From an uncultured Verrucomicrobiota bacterium (lineage in GTDB: Bacteria > Verrucomicrobiota > Verrucomicrobiia > Chthoniobacterales > JACTMZ01): a stretch of DNA of 64,000 nucleotides. Under the pieces are notes generated by a model. It was given only the letters and a program-made list of their open reading frames with translations, had not been told where the DNA came from and ran no database searches. The position numbers and the translations under genes are program-made. The stretch lies in the NCBI GenBank assembly GCA_903953565.1, contig CAJBKE010000065.1:2244-66243 (forward strand), in the 5' to 3' direction. Shown piece after piece: positions 20,876 to 30,678 of the stretch (within the stretch, counting starts at the first letter, position 1; each line of letters opens with the position of its first letter).

Positions 20876-21373
20876 TTAGCGGACCACGCCGAACTCGGCG
20901 CGCCGGTTGGCCGCCCAGGCCGCTTCGCCGCCGCCGGAAGCGGCTGGCATTTCCTCGCCGAAGCTGACGGTTTGGACGTGTCCGCCGCTGACGCCGAGGC
21001 CGATGAGTTTTTCCCGCACCGCCAAGGCGCGGCGTTCGCCGAGTCCGCGGTTGTATTCCTCGGTGCCGCGCTCGTCGGTGAAGCCGGCGATGATCATGTT
21101 TTGTTTCGAAGAGCGCATGAAGTCAGCCACGGCCTGCACTTTTCCCATCTCGGAACCGCTGACCTCGAAGCTGTCGAACCCGAATTGCACCGGTGAAAAT
21201 TGTCCTTTGGAAACCCCGCCCCCCAGATAAGAGGAGCCATCCGTGCGCTCGGGCAAGGGAACACCGTCGACAAAATCACCGTCCATTCCGGTGGCATAGG
21301 AATCCTTGGTTTTGCAAGAGGGCAGGAGGAAGGCCAGGCCCAGTGCAACGGCAAGGAGAAGTGGTCTTTTCAT
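20876..21373 (-). CDS. pal: Peptidoglycan-associated lipoprotein (OmpA family)
   Basis: Lipobox LPSC; G.TDERGTEEYNRGLGERRA, TVSFGEE.P, NRRAEF; directly follows tolB. Confidence 0.92.
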   Translation of the reverse strand: MKRPLLLAVALGLAFLLPSCKTKDSYATGMDGDFVDGVPLPERTDGSSYLGGGVSKGQFSPVQFGFDSFEVSGSEMGKVQAVADFMRSSKQNMIIAGFTDERGTEEYNRGLGERRALAVREKLIGLGVSGGHVQTVSFGEEMPAASGGGEAAWAANRRAEFGVVR

Positions 21374-21391
21374 AAGTGGTATGGCGGGAAG

Positions 21392-22534
21392 TCAGAACGA
21401 CCAGGTGGGCTCGCTCACTTTGCCCAGCCCGCTGACGATAGTTGTGGTCCGGCCACTCTGGACGTCAAGGAGATTGAGGTTCGAACCGGAGCTGTAGATC
21501 AGATGGCGCGAATTGCGGCCCCAGACGGGATTCTGTCCGGAGGCCAGGACGCGCGCGCCACCGGCCCCGAGTTCCATCACAGCGACGGAAAAGCCCCCGC
21601 CGGAGCGGACGGTGAAAGCCACTTTCTTGCCATCAGGCGACCAACTCGGATCGGTGCAATAGCCGAAGCCGGTGGAGATCATGCTCCCCGCTCCCCCACC
21701 CGCCCCGATGCGGTAAAGCTGGGGGCTCCCGCCGTTGTCCGAGGAATAGATCAACTCGCTGCCGTTCGGCGACCAGGTCGGCGAGGATTCGACCCCGCGT
21801 GTGCGGGTCAGTCGCCGCGCCATGCCACCGCGCAGGCCGGTGATGTAGATCTCCGGGTTTCCATCCTTGCTCATGGTGAGCGCCATCTTGCCGCCATCCG
21901 GCGAAATGGCCGCACCCGAGTTGGTGCCCGGTGCCTTGACCACGCGCTGGCGCGCGCCCGAAGCCACGTCTATGACATACACATCCGGATAGCCCTCGTG
22001 GTAACCCGTATAGGCAAGGTTGCGCGCCCCGGGTCCGAGCGACGGCGCCACACTGATGCTGCGGTCGCTGGTCAGACGGCGCGAATTATTGCCGTCATAA
22101 TCCGCGAGGTAGATTTCCTTCGGCCCGCTGGCCGTGCCGACGAAGGCAATCTTCGTCGTGGCAATCCCCGGATTTCCCGTGATGGTTTCCACGATATCGT
22201 CGGCGAACTGGTGCGCCACGTCGCGGTCACTGCCGCTGTAGGTTTTGGACAAAACGGTCGCACCCGAGTTGTCGGTCACCTTTCCCTGCAAGGTCCCGCC
22301 TCCCGCCGTGCCGCCGACCGTGAAGGAGGCGCGGGCATCGGAGACGAGTTCGAACCAACCCGAAAGATCGAGGTCGTTTTGCAGGACCTTGGTCACGCCG
22401 GGGCCGGAACCTCCGCCGATCGGCGAGACCGCGAGGGAAACACGGTCGCTTTTACGCACCGTGATGGTCGGCGCGTCCTGTGCCAACGCCACGGCGGAAA
22501 TAAGGAAGAGGAAACAAAACGCTCGAATCATCAT
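21392..22534 (-). CDS. tolB: Tol-Pal beta-propeller protein TolB
   Basis: Signal peptide, NDLDLSG, IYLADYDG, PD40 repeats (SPDG, WSPNG, WSPDG). Confidence 0.9.
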   Translation of the reverse strand: MMIRAFCFLFLISAVALAQDAPTITVRKSDRVSLAVSPIGGGSGPGVTKVLQNDLDLSGWFELVSDARASFTVGGTAGGGTLQGKVTDNSGATVLSKTYSGSDRDVAHQFADDIVETITGNPGIATTKIAFVGTASGPKEIYLADYDGNNSRRLTSDRSISVAPSLGPGARNLAYTGYHEGYPDVYVIDVASGARQRVVKAPGTNSGAAISPDGGKMALTMSKDGNPEIYITGLRGGMARRLTRTRGVESSPTWSPNGSELIYSSDNGGSPQLYRIGAGGGAGSMISTGFGYCTDPSWSPDGKKVAFTVRSGGGFSVAVMELGAGGARVLASGQNPVWGRNSRHLIYSSGSNLNLLDVQSGRTTTIVSGLGKVSEPTWSF

Positions 22535-22571
22535 GCGCCTCGTATAACTTGCCCCACGGACCGCGTCGAGA

Positions 22572-22805
22572 TCAGTGGCAGGCGCATCCGCCGCCGCAGG
22601 ACTGTCCGCCCGAAGCGGGCCGCGGAGCCGGGCCGCCCTTCGTCGATGTCATGATGCCCAAACCGCCGGTGATGACGCGCCGGATCGGGGCGCCCGTCTC
22701 GGGATGCTTGCTCAGCGCCGCGTCTTTCATGCTTTGCCGGATTTCATAGGTCTGCACCGCATCGCCTTCGCGACCGGGAATGGTTTCATAAACGTAGACA
22801 GCCAT
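22572..22805 (-). CDS. FmdB-like small protein
   Basis: MAVYVYE...YEIRQSMKD..L.KHPETG.PIRRVITGG...CGGGCACH. Confidence 0.7.
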   Translation of the reverse strand: MAVYVYETIPGREGDAVQTYEIRQSMKDAALSKHPETGAPIRRVITGGLGIMTSTKGGPAPRPASGGQSCGGGCACH

Positions 22806-22857
22806 GGGGAAAAAGTCCGCCCGACCGGGCGAAGGCGCAAGCGATTTTATGCCAAGC

Positions 22858-23784
22858 TCAGGCCGGTTCCTCGATGACCGGCGGGCGCGCGGACAAAGCG
22901 AGGAAGGCTCCGAGCAGCAGCACCGCGCCGGCGAAGATTTGTTCGAAGCGGAAGGTCTCACCGAACAAAGCCGAGGACAGCAGCATCGTGCCGAGCGGAC
23001 AAAGCAGCAGTGCGGCCTGCGAGGGGGCCGCCCCGATATCGCGGATCCCAATGTAATAAAGCCAGTGCCCAAGCCCGATGGAGATGACGCCGGATGCGAA
23101 GAGAACAAAGTTGGCCCACGCACCGACGCGGAGCAACGCGGTTGCATCACCAAACAGGAGCATCCCGGGCAGCAGGAGTAGCGTGGTCAAGAAGCTGACC
23201 ACCCCGAACCCCAAGGTGGGCCCGGAGCGAAGGGTGAATTTTTTGACGAGGACACCGTAGAGCGCCCAGGCCAGGGCCGCGGCGAGCGCGAGCAGGAGTC
23301 CGATCCAGGGTTCCGCGCCGGACATTCCCCGCCCCGGCGCCCAGACCAATCCAGCCACGCCGATCAGGGCGAACACGGTTCCCGCTTGGAATTTCCAACT
23401 GCGTGCGATCCATCGCTCGTCGGCAAAAAAGATCATGGCCAGCACGGCGGTGAAAACGACCGACAGCCGTCCGAGGAGCGCGTAAACGCCGGGCCAGAGA
23501 AGGACGACGGCCATGGTTTGCGCAATCTGGTGCACCACATTGGGCAAGGCCGCCAAGGCGCACCCGGCCCAGTCAGCCGCCGGAATCCGCCGCGGCGCAC
23601 GCCATGCCATCCAGAGCAAAAAGGGCGCCATGACGAAAAACCCGGCGAGGGAGCGGTAGAAATTTTGCGTCCAGGCATCAAACGATGCGGCCAGCCAATA
23701 TTGGAAAATCGGCGGACTCGACCAAATGATGACCGTGGCGAACAGCGCGAGGCGACCGCGCCAGAGCGATCGGGATGCGGTCAT
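22858..23784 (-). CDS. EamA/DMT family transporter
   Basis: About ten hydrophobic segments in two repeats; LFGETF near the C-terminus. Confidence 0.88.
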   Translation of the reverse strand: MTASRSLWRGRLALFATVIIWSSPPIFQYWLAASFDAWTQNFYRSLAGFFVMAPFLLWMAWRAPRRIPAADWAGCALAALPNVVHQIAQTMAVVLLWPGVYALLGRLSVVFTAVLAMIFFADERWIARSWKFQAGTVFALIGVAGLVWAPGRGMSGAEPWIGLLLALAAALAWALYGVLVKKFTLRSGPTLGFGVVSFLTTLLLLPGMLLFGDATALLRVGAWANFVLFASGVISIGLGHWLYYIGIRDIGAAPSQAALLLCPLGTMLLSSALFGETFRFEQIFAGAVLLLGAFLALSARPPVIEEPA

Positions 23785-23791
23785 GCCGCCC

Positions 23792-24235
23792 TCAAGAAAC
23801 GGCACCCGCACCACGGGGCGGACGCCCCTCATCCACTTCGAGCAGATCGAACATGGTAAGCACGTCCGCGCGTCCCGCCATACCGAGTCCTTCGAGCCTC
23901 GATTTCAGCCTCTCCGCAAATTCGTCATTCCATCCGCGCTTGCGCATATATTCGTTCCAAACATGGATCTCGTGCGCATCGGGTTGGCGCCCTTGCCGGC
24001 AACACCACGCAAAAACCTCCGCGTCGCTGAGCCCCGCTTCCACTTGCGCGACGACATCGGCATAACCGACGTGGAAAAATTCGCAGCAACTTTGATCGAA
24101 ACCTTTTCCGAGATTTGCCTGGTAGTCCGGCGCGAGTTCGCCCCGCTGCCGCAGACGGATCTTCCCGAGCATGCGCGGAAAATAAAAAAGCCCCTGCTCG
24201 CACTGGTAAGGACTGCACGGAAACGGCTGCGCCAT
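23792..24235 (-). CDS. DUF5069-like protein
   Basis: SPY....GLFYFPRMLGKIRL...GEL..DY..NLGKGFD, FDLLEVDEGR. Confidence 0.75.
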   Translation of the reverse strand: MAQPFPCSPYQCEQGLFYFPRMLGKIRLRQRGELAPDYQANLGKGFDQSCCEFFHVGYADVVAQVEAGLSDAEVFAWCCRQGRQPDAHEIHVWNEYMRKRGWNDEFAERLKSRLEGLGMAGRADVLTMFDLLEVDEGRPPRGAGAVS

Positions 24236-24305
24236 GCACGGATGATGCGGCCGCCGGACAACGAAGTCCATCGCCATGAAGGCCCTGTGCAGGCATGATC
24301 GCGCC

Positions 24306-25406
24306 ATGCGCAAAGGATCGGAGCTGACGCTGGCGATCGATACCGTGGCCTACGGCGGCGACGGCATCGGGCGGCACGAAGGGTGCGTCGTCTTCGTGCC
24401 TTTCACCATTCCCGGGGAAACGGTTCGGGTCCGTGTGGTCAAATCGCAACGCCAGTGGGCTCGGGCGGAGGTGGTTGAATTGGTCACCGCATCTCCCGAC
24501 CGCGTTGCCCCGCCCTGCCCGTGGTTCACCCGCTGCGGCGGATGCGCCTACCAGCATATCGCCTACGCGCGCCAACTCACCATCAAGACCGCCCAGGTCG
24601 AAGAAGCACTCCGGCGGATCGGGAAATTTCCCACCCCGCCGGTCGAGCCGGCCCGTCCCTCGCCACACGACTACGGCTACCGCAATCGCATCACCGTGCA
24701 TGTTGATCCGCCGGCCATCGGTTTTCGCGGCACGGATCCGCGTCAGGTGGTGGACATTACCCACTGCCTGCTCGCCGACGATGCGGTCAACAACGCGCTG
24801 GAACGTCTCCGGACCAAGCGACATCCGCGCCCCGGCCCGGCCACGCTACGCGCCGATCCGGAAACGCGCGGATTCCGCCAGGTCAACGACGGCGCCGCGG
24901 AAACGCTCGGCGCCCTCGTCGCAGACATGGCCGGAACCGGTGAACTTCTTGTCGATGCGTATTGCGGCGCGGGATTCTTCGCCAAGCGCCTCGCTGGAAA
25001 TTTCACCCGGATCATCGGTCTGGATTGGGATGCGCGTTCCATCGAAGTGGCAAACAACGAAGCCGGACCGCACGAGGAATACCGGGCTGGCGACACGGCG
25101 GAACTTCTGCCCTCCGTCCTTGGCGCACCCGAGACCACGGTTGTCTTGCTCGATCCTCCCGCGCAAGGCTTGGCGCCGGCCGTGATCGATACGCTGCTCA
25201 CCGCGCGTCCGTTCCGGGTGGTCTACGTCTCGTGCGACCCGGCGACGCTGGCCCGCGACTTGTTGCGTTTGTCCGCCGGGTATGACCTTGTCCGCGCCAC
25301 GCCGGTCGACATGTTTCCGCAGACCGCCTCGATCGAAACCGCCTGTCTGCTCGCGGCAAAACCGGCCCCCGCGCAGACATCGGAGCCGGCACCTGCAACG
25401 CCGTGA
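24306..25406 (+). CDS. TRAM-domain RNA m5U methyltransferase (RlmD/TrmA family)
   Basis: GGDGIGR, CPWFTRCGGC, DAYCGAG, LDPP, YVSCDPATLARD, DMFPQT. Confidence 0.92.
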   Translation: MRKGSELTLAIDTVAYGGDGIGRHEGCVVFVPFTIPGETVRVRVVKSQRQWARAEVVELVTASPDRVAPPCPWFTRCGGCAYQHIAYARQLTIKTAQVEEALRRIGKFPTPPVEPARPSPHDYGYRNRITVHVDPPAIGFRGTDPRQVVDITHCLLADDAVNNALERLRTKRHPRPGPATLRADPETRGFRQVNDGAAETLGALVADMAGTGELLVDAYCGAGFFAKRLAGNFTRIIGLDWDARSIEVANNEAGPHEEYRAGDTAELLPSVLGAPETTVVLLDPPAQGLAPAVIDTLLTARPFRVVYVSCDPATLARDLLRLSAGYDLVRATPVDMFPQTASIETACLLAAKPAPAQTSEPAPATP

Positions 25407-26518
25407 TCTTACTGCAAGCCAGGGACGCGCTGTTCTCCCGGCTCGGCCAGCCGAATGCCTGCCGCATTCTGCTCGCGATTGTCGCCGCTATCTCCTGCCT
25501 CGCGGTTTACGTGCCGTTCTGGGCCGGCGATCCGAGCATTCCGGTGCGGTATTGGGACGGCCCGAATTACCTTTATGTGGCCAAGACGCTTTATGACATT
25601 CCCACGGACCATCCGCTCCGGGCCTACGGGAACCCGCCTGCTTACTTCGCCTGCCACCTGCCCCTTTATCCGGCGGCCATCCGCTTGCTTTCCTTCGTCG
25701 GGTATCCCGCGGGCATGCTGGCGGCCACGATACTCTTCACCGTTCTGGCCACGCTGGCCTTCTACCAGTTGCTGATCGAGAGCAAGGCGGTTGCGCATCC
25801 TCTGTGGTCGGCGGTGATTTCGCTTTTCTTGCCGGCGCGCTGGCTCCTCTACCACAGCGTTGGGGCAACCGAGGCGCCATTCCTGCTGCTCGTCTTTCTC
25901 TCCATGCTGGCGTATTTGCGAGGGCACTACGCCGCGGCTTTCCTGCTGGCGGGACTGTCGGGCATCACGCGAATCACCGGTCTTTTCCTCGGCCTTGTCT
26001 ATCTGGTCATGCTGCTGCGGGAGAAAAAGTGGAGCAAAGTTCCATTGCTTGCCCTTGTTGCCACTCCTGTCCTCCTGCTTTTCACTTTCTACCACCACCA
26101 GTTCGGCGACTTCTTCGCTTATTTCTCGGAAAACGCGCGGTTGCTGCGGTGGCGGCCGGCGGACGTCTACTTCGCCATCCTCGGGATGGGCGATGCGCAG
26201 AGTTCGGAATTCCATTTGGCGATCTACGCGATCTACGGCATCGGGGTGCTCTTGCTTTGGCGCTTCCCTCTCTTTTTCGCCTACAGCGCCGTCTTCTACG
26301 CATTCAATCTGTTCCTTTTTCACGAGGACGTGAGCCGCATGATGATTCCCATCGCGCCGTTTGCTCTGATCGTCGCCTATGACCCGATCATCCGCACCCG
26401 TGCCTTCGCCGTCGCTGCGGTGGGCCTCGTCGTGTTGGCCTACATCTACGTGTGGGGCCTACTCCCGCACAATGTCGTGACCGAGGAATCTTGGCGAAAG
26501 CTGCTCGAGGTTTTGTAG
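25403..26518 (+). CDS. GT-C-like membrane glycosyltransferase (PIG-V/mannosyltransferase-like)
   Basis: WDGPNY after the first TM helix, PLYP, TEAPF, TRITG; many TM segments. Confidence 0.6.
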   Translation: MILLQARDALFSRLGQPNACRILLAIVAAISCLAVYVPFWAGDPSIPVRYWDGPNYLYVAKTLYDIPTDHPLRAYGNPPAYFACHLPLYPAAIRLLSFVGYPAGMLAATILFTVLATLAFYQLLIESKAVAHPLWSAVISLFLPARWLLYHSVGATEAPFLLLVFLSMLAYLRGHYAAAFLLAGLSGITRITGLFLGLVYLVMLLREKKWSKVPLLALVATPVLLLFTFYHHQFGDFFAYFSENARLLRWRPADVYFAILGMGDAQSSEFHLAIYAIYGIGVLLLWRFPLFFAYSAVFYAFNLFLFHEDVSRMMIPIAPFALIVAYDPIIRTRAFAVAAVGLVVLAYIYVWGLLPHNVVTEESWRKLLEVL

Positions 26519-26528
26519 GCACAGCGGC

Positions 26529-27446
26529 TCAGGCCGCGGGTGGCAATACTTGCAGGGAGCGATTGACCAGCTTGTCCGGCCAGTGAGGCATGGCCCCGGC
26601 TTGCGAGACAACGAACGACGCCACTTCGGCGCCGAGCGGAGCCGCTTCACGCAAAGGCACCCCGAGCGCCAGCGCCGCCGACAAAATAGCCGTCATGGCA
26701 TCACCCGCGCCCACCGTATCGCATAGCCCTGTCGCGACAGCCGGTTGCCGCCAACTGCGGCCGCGGTCGAAAATGTGCGAACCATCTTCACCGCAAGTCA
26801 GGACGACGCGCGGAAGCCGGAATTCGCGAACGAGACCATCGAGAAGCGCCGCGGCATCGCCCCGCGCCCCGAGCAAACCCGAAACCAGCTGCAGTTCCTC
26901 GATATTCAGCTTGAGCAAGTCGCAATTGCGGAGCGTCCAGAGCACGATCTCCCCGTCGAAGAAAGGTTCCCGCAGATTGAGATCGGCCACAGCCAAGGCG
27001 CCGGCTGCGCGGGCCGTCGCGACCGCGGCACGGATGGAGGATCGCGAGACCGGGTGACGTTGCGACAGGGTTCCGTAAACCACCACGGCCGCCGGAACTG
27101 CCATCGCGGAAGCCTGCGCTGTTTCTTCGATGAAATCCCACGCCGCGGGGGCAGCTATGTCATAGACCGGACCGCGGGCGCCCGCGCGAACGTGGACCAC
27201 GCCCGTAGGACGTGCTGCGTCCCATTGCACCTGACTGGTGTCGACGCCAGCTTCCGCGAGTTGGCGGCACAAATCGTGCCCGCGGGCATCGCGACCGACG
27301 CGCGAAAGAAGCGAGACCGCAACGGCGCGCGAATTGGCCAAATGAAAAGCAACATTGGCCGGCGCACCTCCCGCGCATTCACCCGACGGAAGCAGGTCGA
27401 TCAAACACTCACCGACGCAAAGGACAAGATTCCCGGAAGTCTCCAA
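26529..27446 (-). CDS. PfkB family carbohydrate kinase
   Basis: GGAPANVA, DLNLR, KLNIEE, DTVGAGDA. Confidence 0.93.
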   Translation of the reverse strand: METSGNLVLCVGECLIDLLPSGECAGGAPANVAFHLANSRAVAVSLLSRVGRDARGHDLCRQLAEAGVDTSQVQWDAARPTGVVHVRAGARGPVYDIAAPAAWDFIEETAQASAMAVPAAVVVYGTLSQRHPVSRSSIRAAVATARAAGALAVADLNLREPFFDGEIVLWTLRNCDLLKLNIEELQLVSGLLGARGDAAALLDGLVREFRLPRVVLTCGEDGSHIFDRGRSWRQPAVATGLCDTVGAGDAMTAILSAALALGVPLREAAPLGAEVASFVVSQAGAMPHWPDKLVNRSLQVLPPAA

Positions 27447-27457
27447 AGAGAGCAGCT

Positions 27458-28462
27458 TTACGGACTGACGGGAGTCGGGCGCGGCGTGATCGTCGGACTG
27501 GGCGTGGGCGTGGGACGTGGCGTGATCGTCGGGCTGGGCACGGGCGTCGGGCGTGGCGTGATCGTCGGGCTGGGCACGGGCGTGGGGCGCGGCGTGATCG
27601 TCGGGCTGGGCACGGGCGTGGGGCGCGGCGTGATCGTCGGGCTGGGCACGGGCGTGGGGCGTGGCGTGATCGTCGGGCTGGGCGCTGCGGCAGGGGCGAT
27701 GATGGGGAGCGGCCCGGGCTCGACAAAGGAAGTGGTCGCTGTCGTCGGGGCGGGAGCAATCGAAGGGATGGCGCCCATCGGGGAGAGGGGAAGACTCGCG
27801 ATGCGCGTTGTGGAAGCTTGGCTGATCTCGGTGATTTGGGTTCCGCCCGTCGAACTGGAAATGGTTGTGGCGCCTTTGTTGACCGCGCCATCGAGCACAA
27901 CCATCAATCCGTCGCCAAGCGTCAAAGGATCACCTTCGGTCGTCGTGACGATCCCCGAACCCGCAACGGAAGCAACTGTCACATTGCCCCCGGGAAGCGT
28001 GGCGGAAGATGCACTCACATAGGTGACGCCCGAGGTCACGGGACTGAAGCTACCTTTCGGAGTAACAACGACCACTGCCGCGGCGTCTGAACTTGTTCCG
28101 GTAGCGTGAACAACCAGACCACCCGAAATGAGATTCAACGATACGCGTGGGATGGTGTTTCCGTCGGAGTCGAGGCCACCGCTCGGATCGATCGCTCCGA
28201 TCGTGACCTGAGCATCGGGCTGTAATTCAATGAAGAGACCGGGCGCAATTTCCATGACGATGAAGCCGTCATTTCCGGTTGTCACGGACGCACCTTCAGG
28301 CAATGGCTCGCCGACTTTGGCGTCTGCGTTGCTCGAGACTCCCTCAACGACAATGTCCGCCGTTCCCTCGGCCTGACGCACGGTGCCAGCATGAACCAGA
28401 GCAGGCCCGCAAAACAGGGCGGCAAGGGCAATAATCAGCCTTGAACAAGACGTAGTTCGCAC
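27458..28462 (-). CDS. Secreted FecR-like beta-domain protein with Pro/Thr tandem-repeat tail
   Basis: Signal peptide; G..L.EG.SVTTG.DG pattern; six PSPTITPRPTP[VT] repeats. Confidence 0.65.
   Translation of the reverse strand: MRTTSCSRLIIALAALFCGPALVHAGTVRQAEGTADIVVEGVSSNADAKVGEPLPEGASVTTGNDGFIVMEIAPGLFIELQPDAQVTIGAIDPSGGLDSDGNTIPRVSLNLISGGLVVHATGTSSDAAAVVVVTPKGSFSPVTSGVTYVSASSATLPGGNVTVASVAGSGIVTTTEGDPLTLGDGLMVVLDGAVNKGATTISSSTGGTQITEISQASTTRIASLPLSPMGAIPSIAPAPTTATTSFVEPGPLPIIAPAAAPSPTITPRPTPVPSPTITPRPTPVPSPTITPRPTPVPSPTITPRPTPVPSPTITPRPTPTPSPTITPRPTPVSP
27465..27683. repeat. Coding tandem repeat, 36-bp unit, about six copies
   Basis: ggcgtgatcgtcgggctgggcacgggcgtggggcgc repeated head to tail with no spacers. 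Confidence 0.95.
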
Positions 28463-28578
28463 CGCATTAGTGACGCTCCAAGACTCCGTGAAGTCAAACT
28501 GTTTCCGAAGGAATTTTCCCCGGACTGCGCAGTGGGCTGCCTCCCGAGTAAGTCGAAGTCTTATGCTTCACGTGTTCT

Positions 28579-28695
28579 CGGGTAGGGCGGGGCCTTTGCC
28601 TATGGGCCATCTCCACTGCGTTCCGGTTGGACCCGCCGCGTTCCCCCAGAGAAGGGCGATTATCCCGGCGCGCCGAGGATGTCGCGCCCTACCCG
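28579..28695. repeat. GTAGGGCG-family REPIN carrying a 34-bp loop insert
   Basis: Terminal inverted repeats CGGGTAGGGCG...CGCCCTACCCG; internal hairpins GGCGGGGCC/GGACCCGCC and GGCGCG/CGCGCC. Confidence 0.7.
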
Positions 28696-28758
28696 TCTGG
28701 CTCACGTTGACCCCCTGGTTTCTCCCGCCACACACGCGCCAGCGTGCGAATGCAGGGA

Positions 28759-29424
28759 CTAGGGGGCAGGCGGAGGGGATGGTGGCATTGCGGCTGCAGG
28801 CCGGAGGCGGGCCAGTTCCGCCGCCGCAATCATGGCTGCAGGGGTTTCACTATGCAATGTACCCACCGACTCCAGAACGGCACGGGCCTCTCCTTGCGAA
28901 CCCATTTGGCCAAGCAGCTTGGCTTCGGCGAGCAAAGCCAGCGGAGCGGCATAGGAAGCAGCGTATTGCGAGGAAGCCACGCGGTAGGCCTCGAGAGCCC
29001 CGTTATTCTCAGCCTGCATTTGCCGCAGTTCGCCGAGCGTCAACCAAGCCGCGCCGGCCAGGGGATGCTGTGGCTGCGCCTTGAGGAAGTTCTCCAACTC
29101 CCCCGCAGCACCCGCGAGATCGCCGGACGCACGAAGGGATTCGGCCACTTGCAACTGCGCGTTGCCCGCCGGGACCGTGCCCGGATACTTCGCCACCACC
29201 TCGCGCCAAGCCGCGGCATCGCCCGCCGTGCCATAAAGCGCCTCGGCCGCGGCAAGATGCCGAGCCGACCAGAACTTCCAAACCCCCACCGCGAGAATGA
29301 GCGCGACCACACCGGCCAAACCCCACGCGAATTTTTTCCAATGCTCCTGCCAAAAAAGGTCGCTGTCGGAAAACTCCACCACCGGCTCGAGCGCCGGACG
29401 CAAAACGGATCTTGGCTCTTCCAT
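28759..29424 (-). CDS. YfgM-like membrane-anchored TPR protein
   Basis: FWQEHWKK then a TM helix, then TPR-like repeats (YPGT, HPLAG.AWL). Confidence 0.75.
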   Translation of the reverse strand: MEEPRSVLRPALEPVVEFSDSDLFWQEHWKKFAWGLAGVVALILAVGVWKFWSARHLAAAEALYGTAGDAAAWREVVAKYPGTVPAGNAQLQVAESLRASGDLAGAAGELENFLKAQPQHPLAGAAWLTLGELRQMQAENNGALEAYRVASSQYAASYAAPLALLAEAKLLGQMGSQGEARAVLESVGTLHSETPAAMIAAAELARLRPAAAMPPSPPPAP

Positions 29425-29434
29425 AAGATCGTGG

Positions 29435-30400
29435 TCAGGAATTCGCGGCCGCACGCGCCTCGTCGGCCAGCGCGGTGCTGAGGTAACGCTCGCCGGTCGA
29501 ACAGGCCACGGTGACGATGAGCTTGCCTTTGTTCTCGGGGCGCTTGGCCAGTTCCATCGCCGCGTGCACATTGGCGCCGGAGCTGATGCCTCCGAGGATC
29601 CCCTCTTCCTTGGCCAAACGACGCGCCATGGCAAAGGCGTCATCGTTCGAAACGGTCAGAACTTCGTCGACCACGTCGAGATGCAAATTGTCCGGAACGA
29701 ACCCTGCACCCGTGCCTTGGATTTTGTGCGGACCGGGTTTGACCGGCTCGCCGGCGCGCGTCTGTGAAATAACCGGCGAATCCTTTGGTTCGACCGCAAC
29801 AATCTTAACGCCGGATTTCCGCTTCTTGAGCACTTCGCCCACGCCGGTGCAGGTGCCTCCGGTGCCGACCGCGGAGACGAAGATGTCGATCTTGCCATCC
29901 GTGTCATCCCAAACCTCTTCCGCCGTGGTCTTGGCATGCACGTCGGGGTTGGCCGGATTTTTGAACTGCTGCGGCATCCAACCGTTCGGCGTGTTTTTCA
30001 AAATCTCCTCCGCCTTGGCAATCGCGCCCTTCATGCCTTCGGCGCCGGGCGTGAGCACGAGCTGCGCTCCGAGCATGGCGAGCAACGTGCGACGCTCGAC
30101 GCTCATCGTCTCGGGCATGGTGAGGATAAGCTTGTAGCCCTTGGCTGCCGCAACAAAGGCCAGCGCAATGCCCGTGTTGCCGCTCGTCGGCTCGATGATG
30201 ATGGTCTCCTTTTTAAGGACGCCCTTCTTCTCGGCATCTTCGATCATGGCCATGCCGATGCGGTCCTTCACGCTGCCGAGCGGATTGAAAAATTCGCATT
30301 TCACCGCGATGGTCGCGCCCGCGCCTTCGCTGATTCGGTTGAGTTTGACCAGCGGCGTGCGGCCGACGGTTTCGACGATATTGTTGTAAAGTTTACCCAT
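29435..30400 (-). CDS. cysK: Cysteine synthase A
   Basis: [35 protein letters not shown]. Confidence 0.97.
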   Translation of the reverse strand: MGKLYNNIVETVGRTPLVKLNRISEGAGATIAVKCEFFNPLGSVKDRIGMAMIEDAEKKGVLKKETIIIEPTSGNTGIALAFVAAAKGYKLILTMPETMSVERRTLLAMLGAQLVLTPGAEGMKGAIAKAEEILKNTPNGWMPQQFKNPANPDVHAKTTAEEVWDDTDGKIDIFVSAVGTGGTCTGVGEVLKKRKSGVKIVAVEPKDSPVISQTRAGEPVKPGPHKIQGTGAGFVPDNLHLDVVDEVLTVSNDDAFAMARRLAKEEGILGGISSGANVHAAMELAKRPENKGKLIVTVACSTGERYLSTALADEARAAANS

Positions 30401-30678
30401 GGTTGGTCCGCCCGTTTCCGGGGAATCACGTTGCATAGATTCAACCGGGCGACAGATCAATGTTCGATTTCGGAGCGCCGACACCGGCAAGACCGGCTTG
30501 ATAGCAAGATCCCGGATCTTGGGATGCCTGACGTCCCAAGTAAATCACTGTCGCTGAAAGCGTTGAGCGTCATCGCTTGCAGCACGTAACCACGCGCTTG
30601 CGATGTCGGCAGTTTTCCGTGCGAAGAATGTGGGATTTTCCTTGCACCAAGCAGCTTTCCGCGTAGAGTTTTTCCACC

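Noticed and set aside
27465-27683. 36-bp repeats as a CRISPR array
   Set aside because: Units are contiguous with no unique spacers, are in frame within a coding gene, and no cas genes are present
28470-29084. Plus-strand ORF across the 28.5-28.8 kb intergenic region
   Set aside because: It spans a REPIN and is antisense to the TPR gene, and its composition is not protein-like
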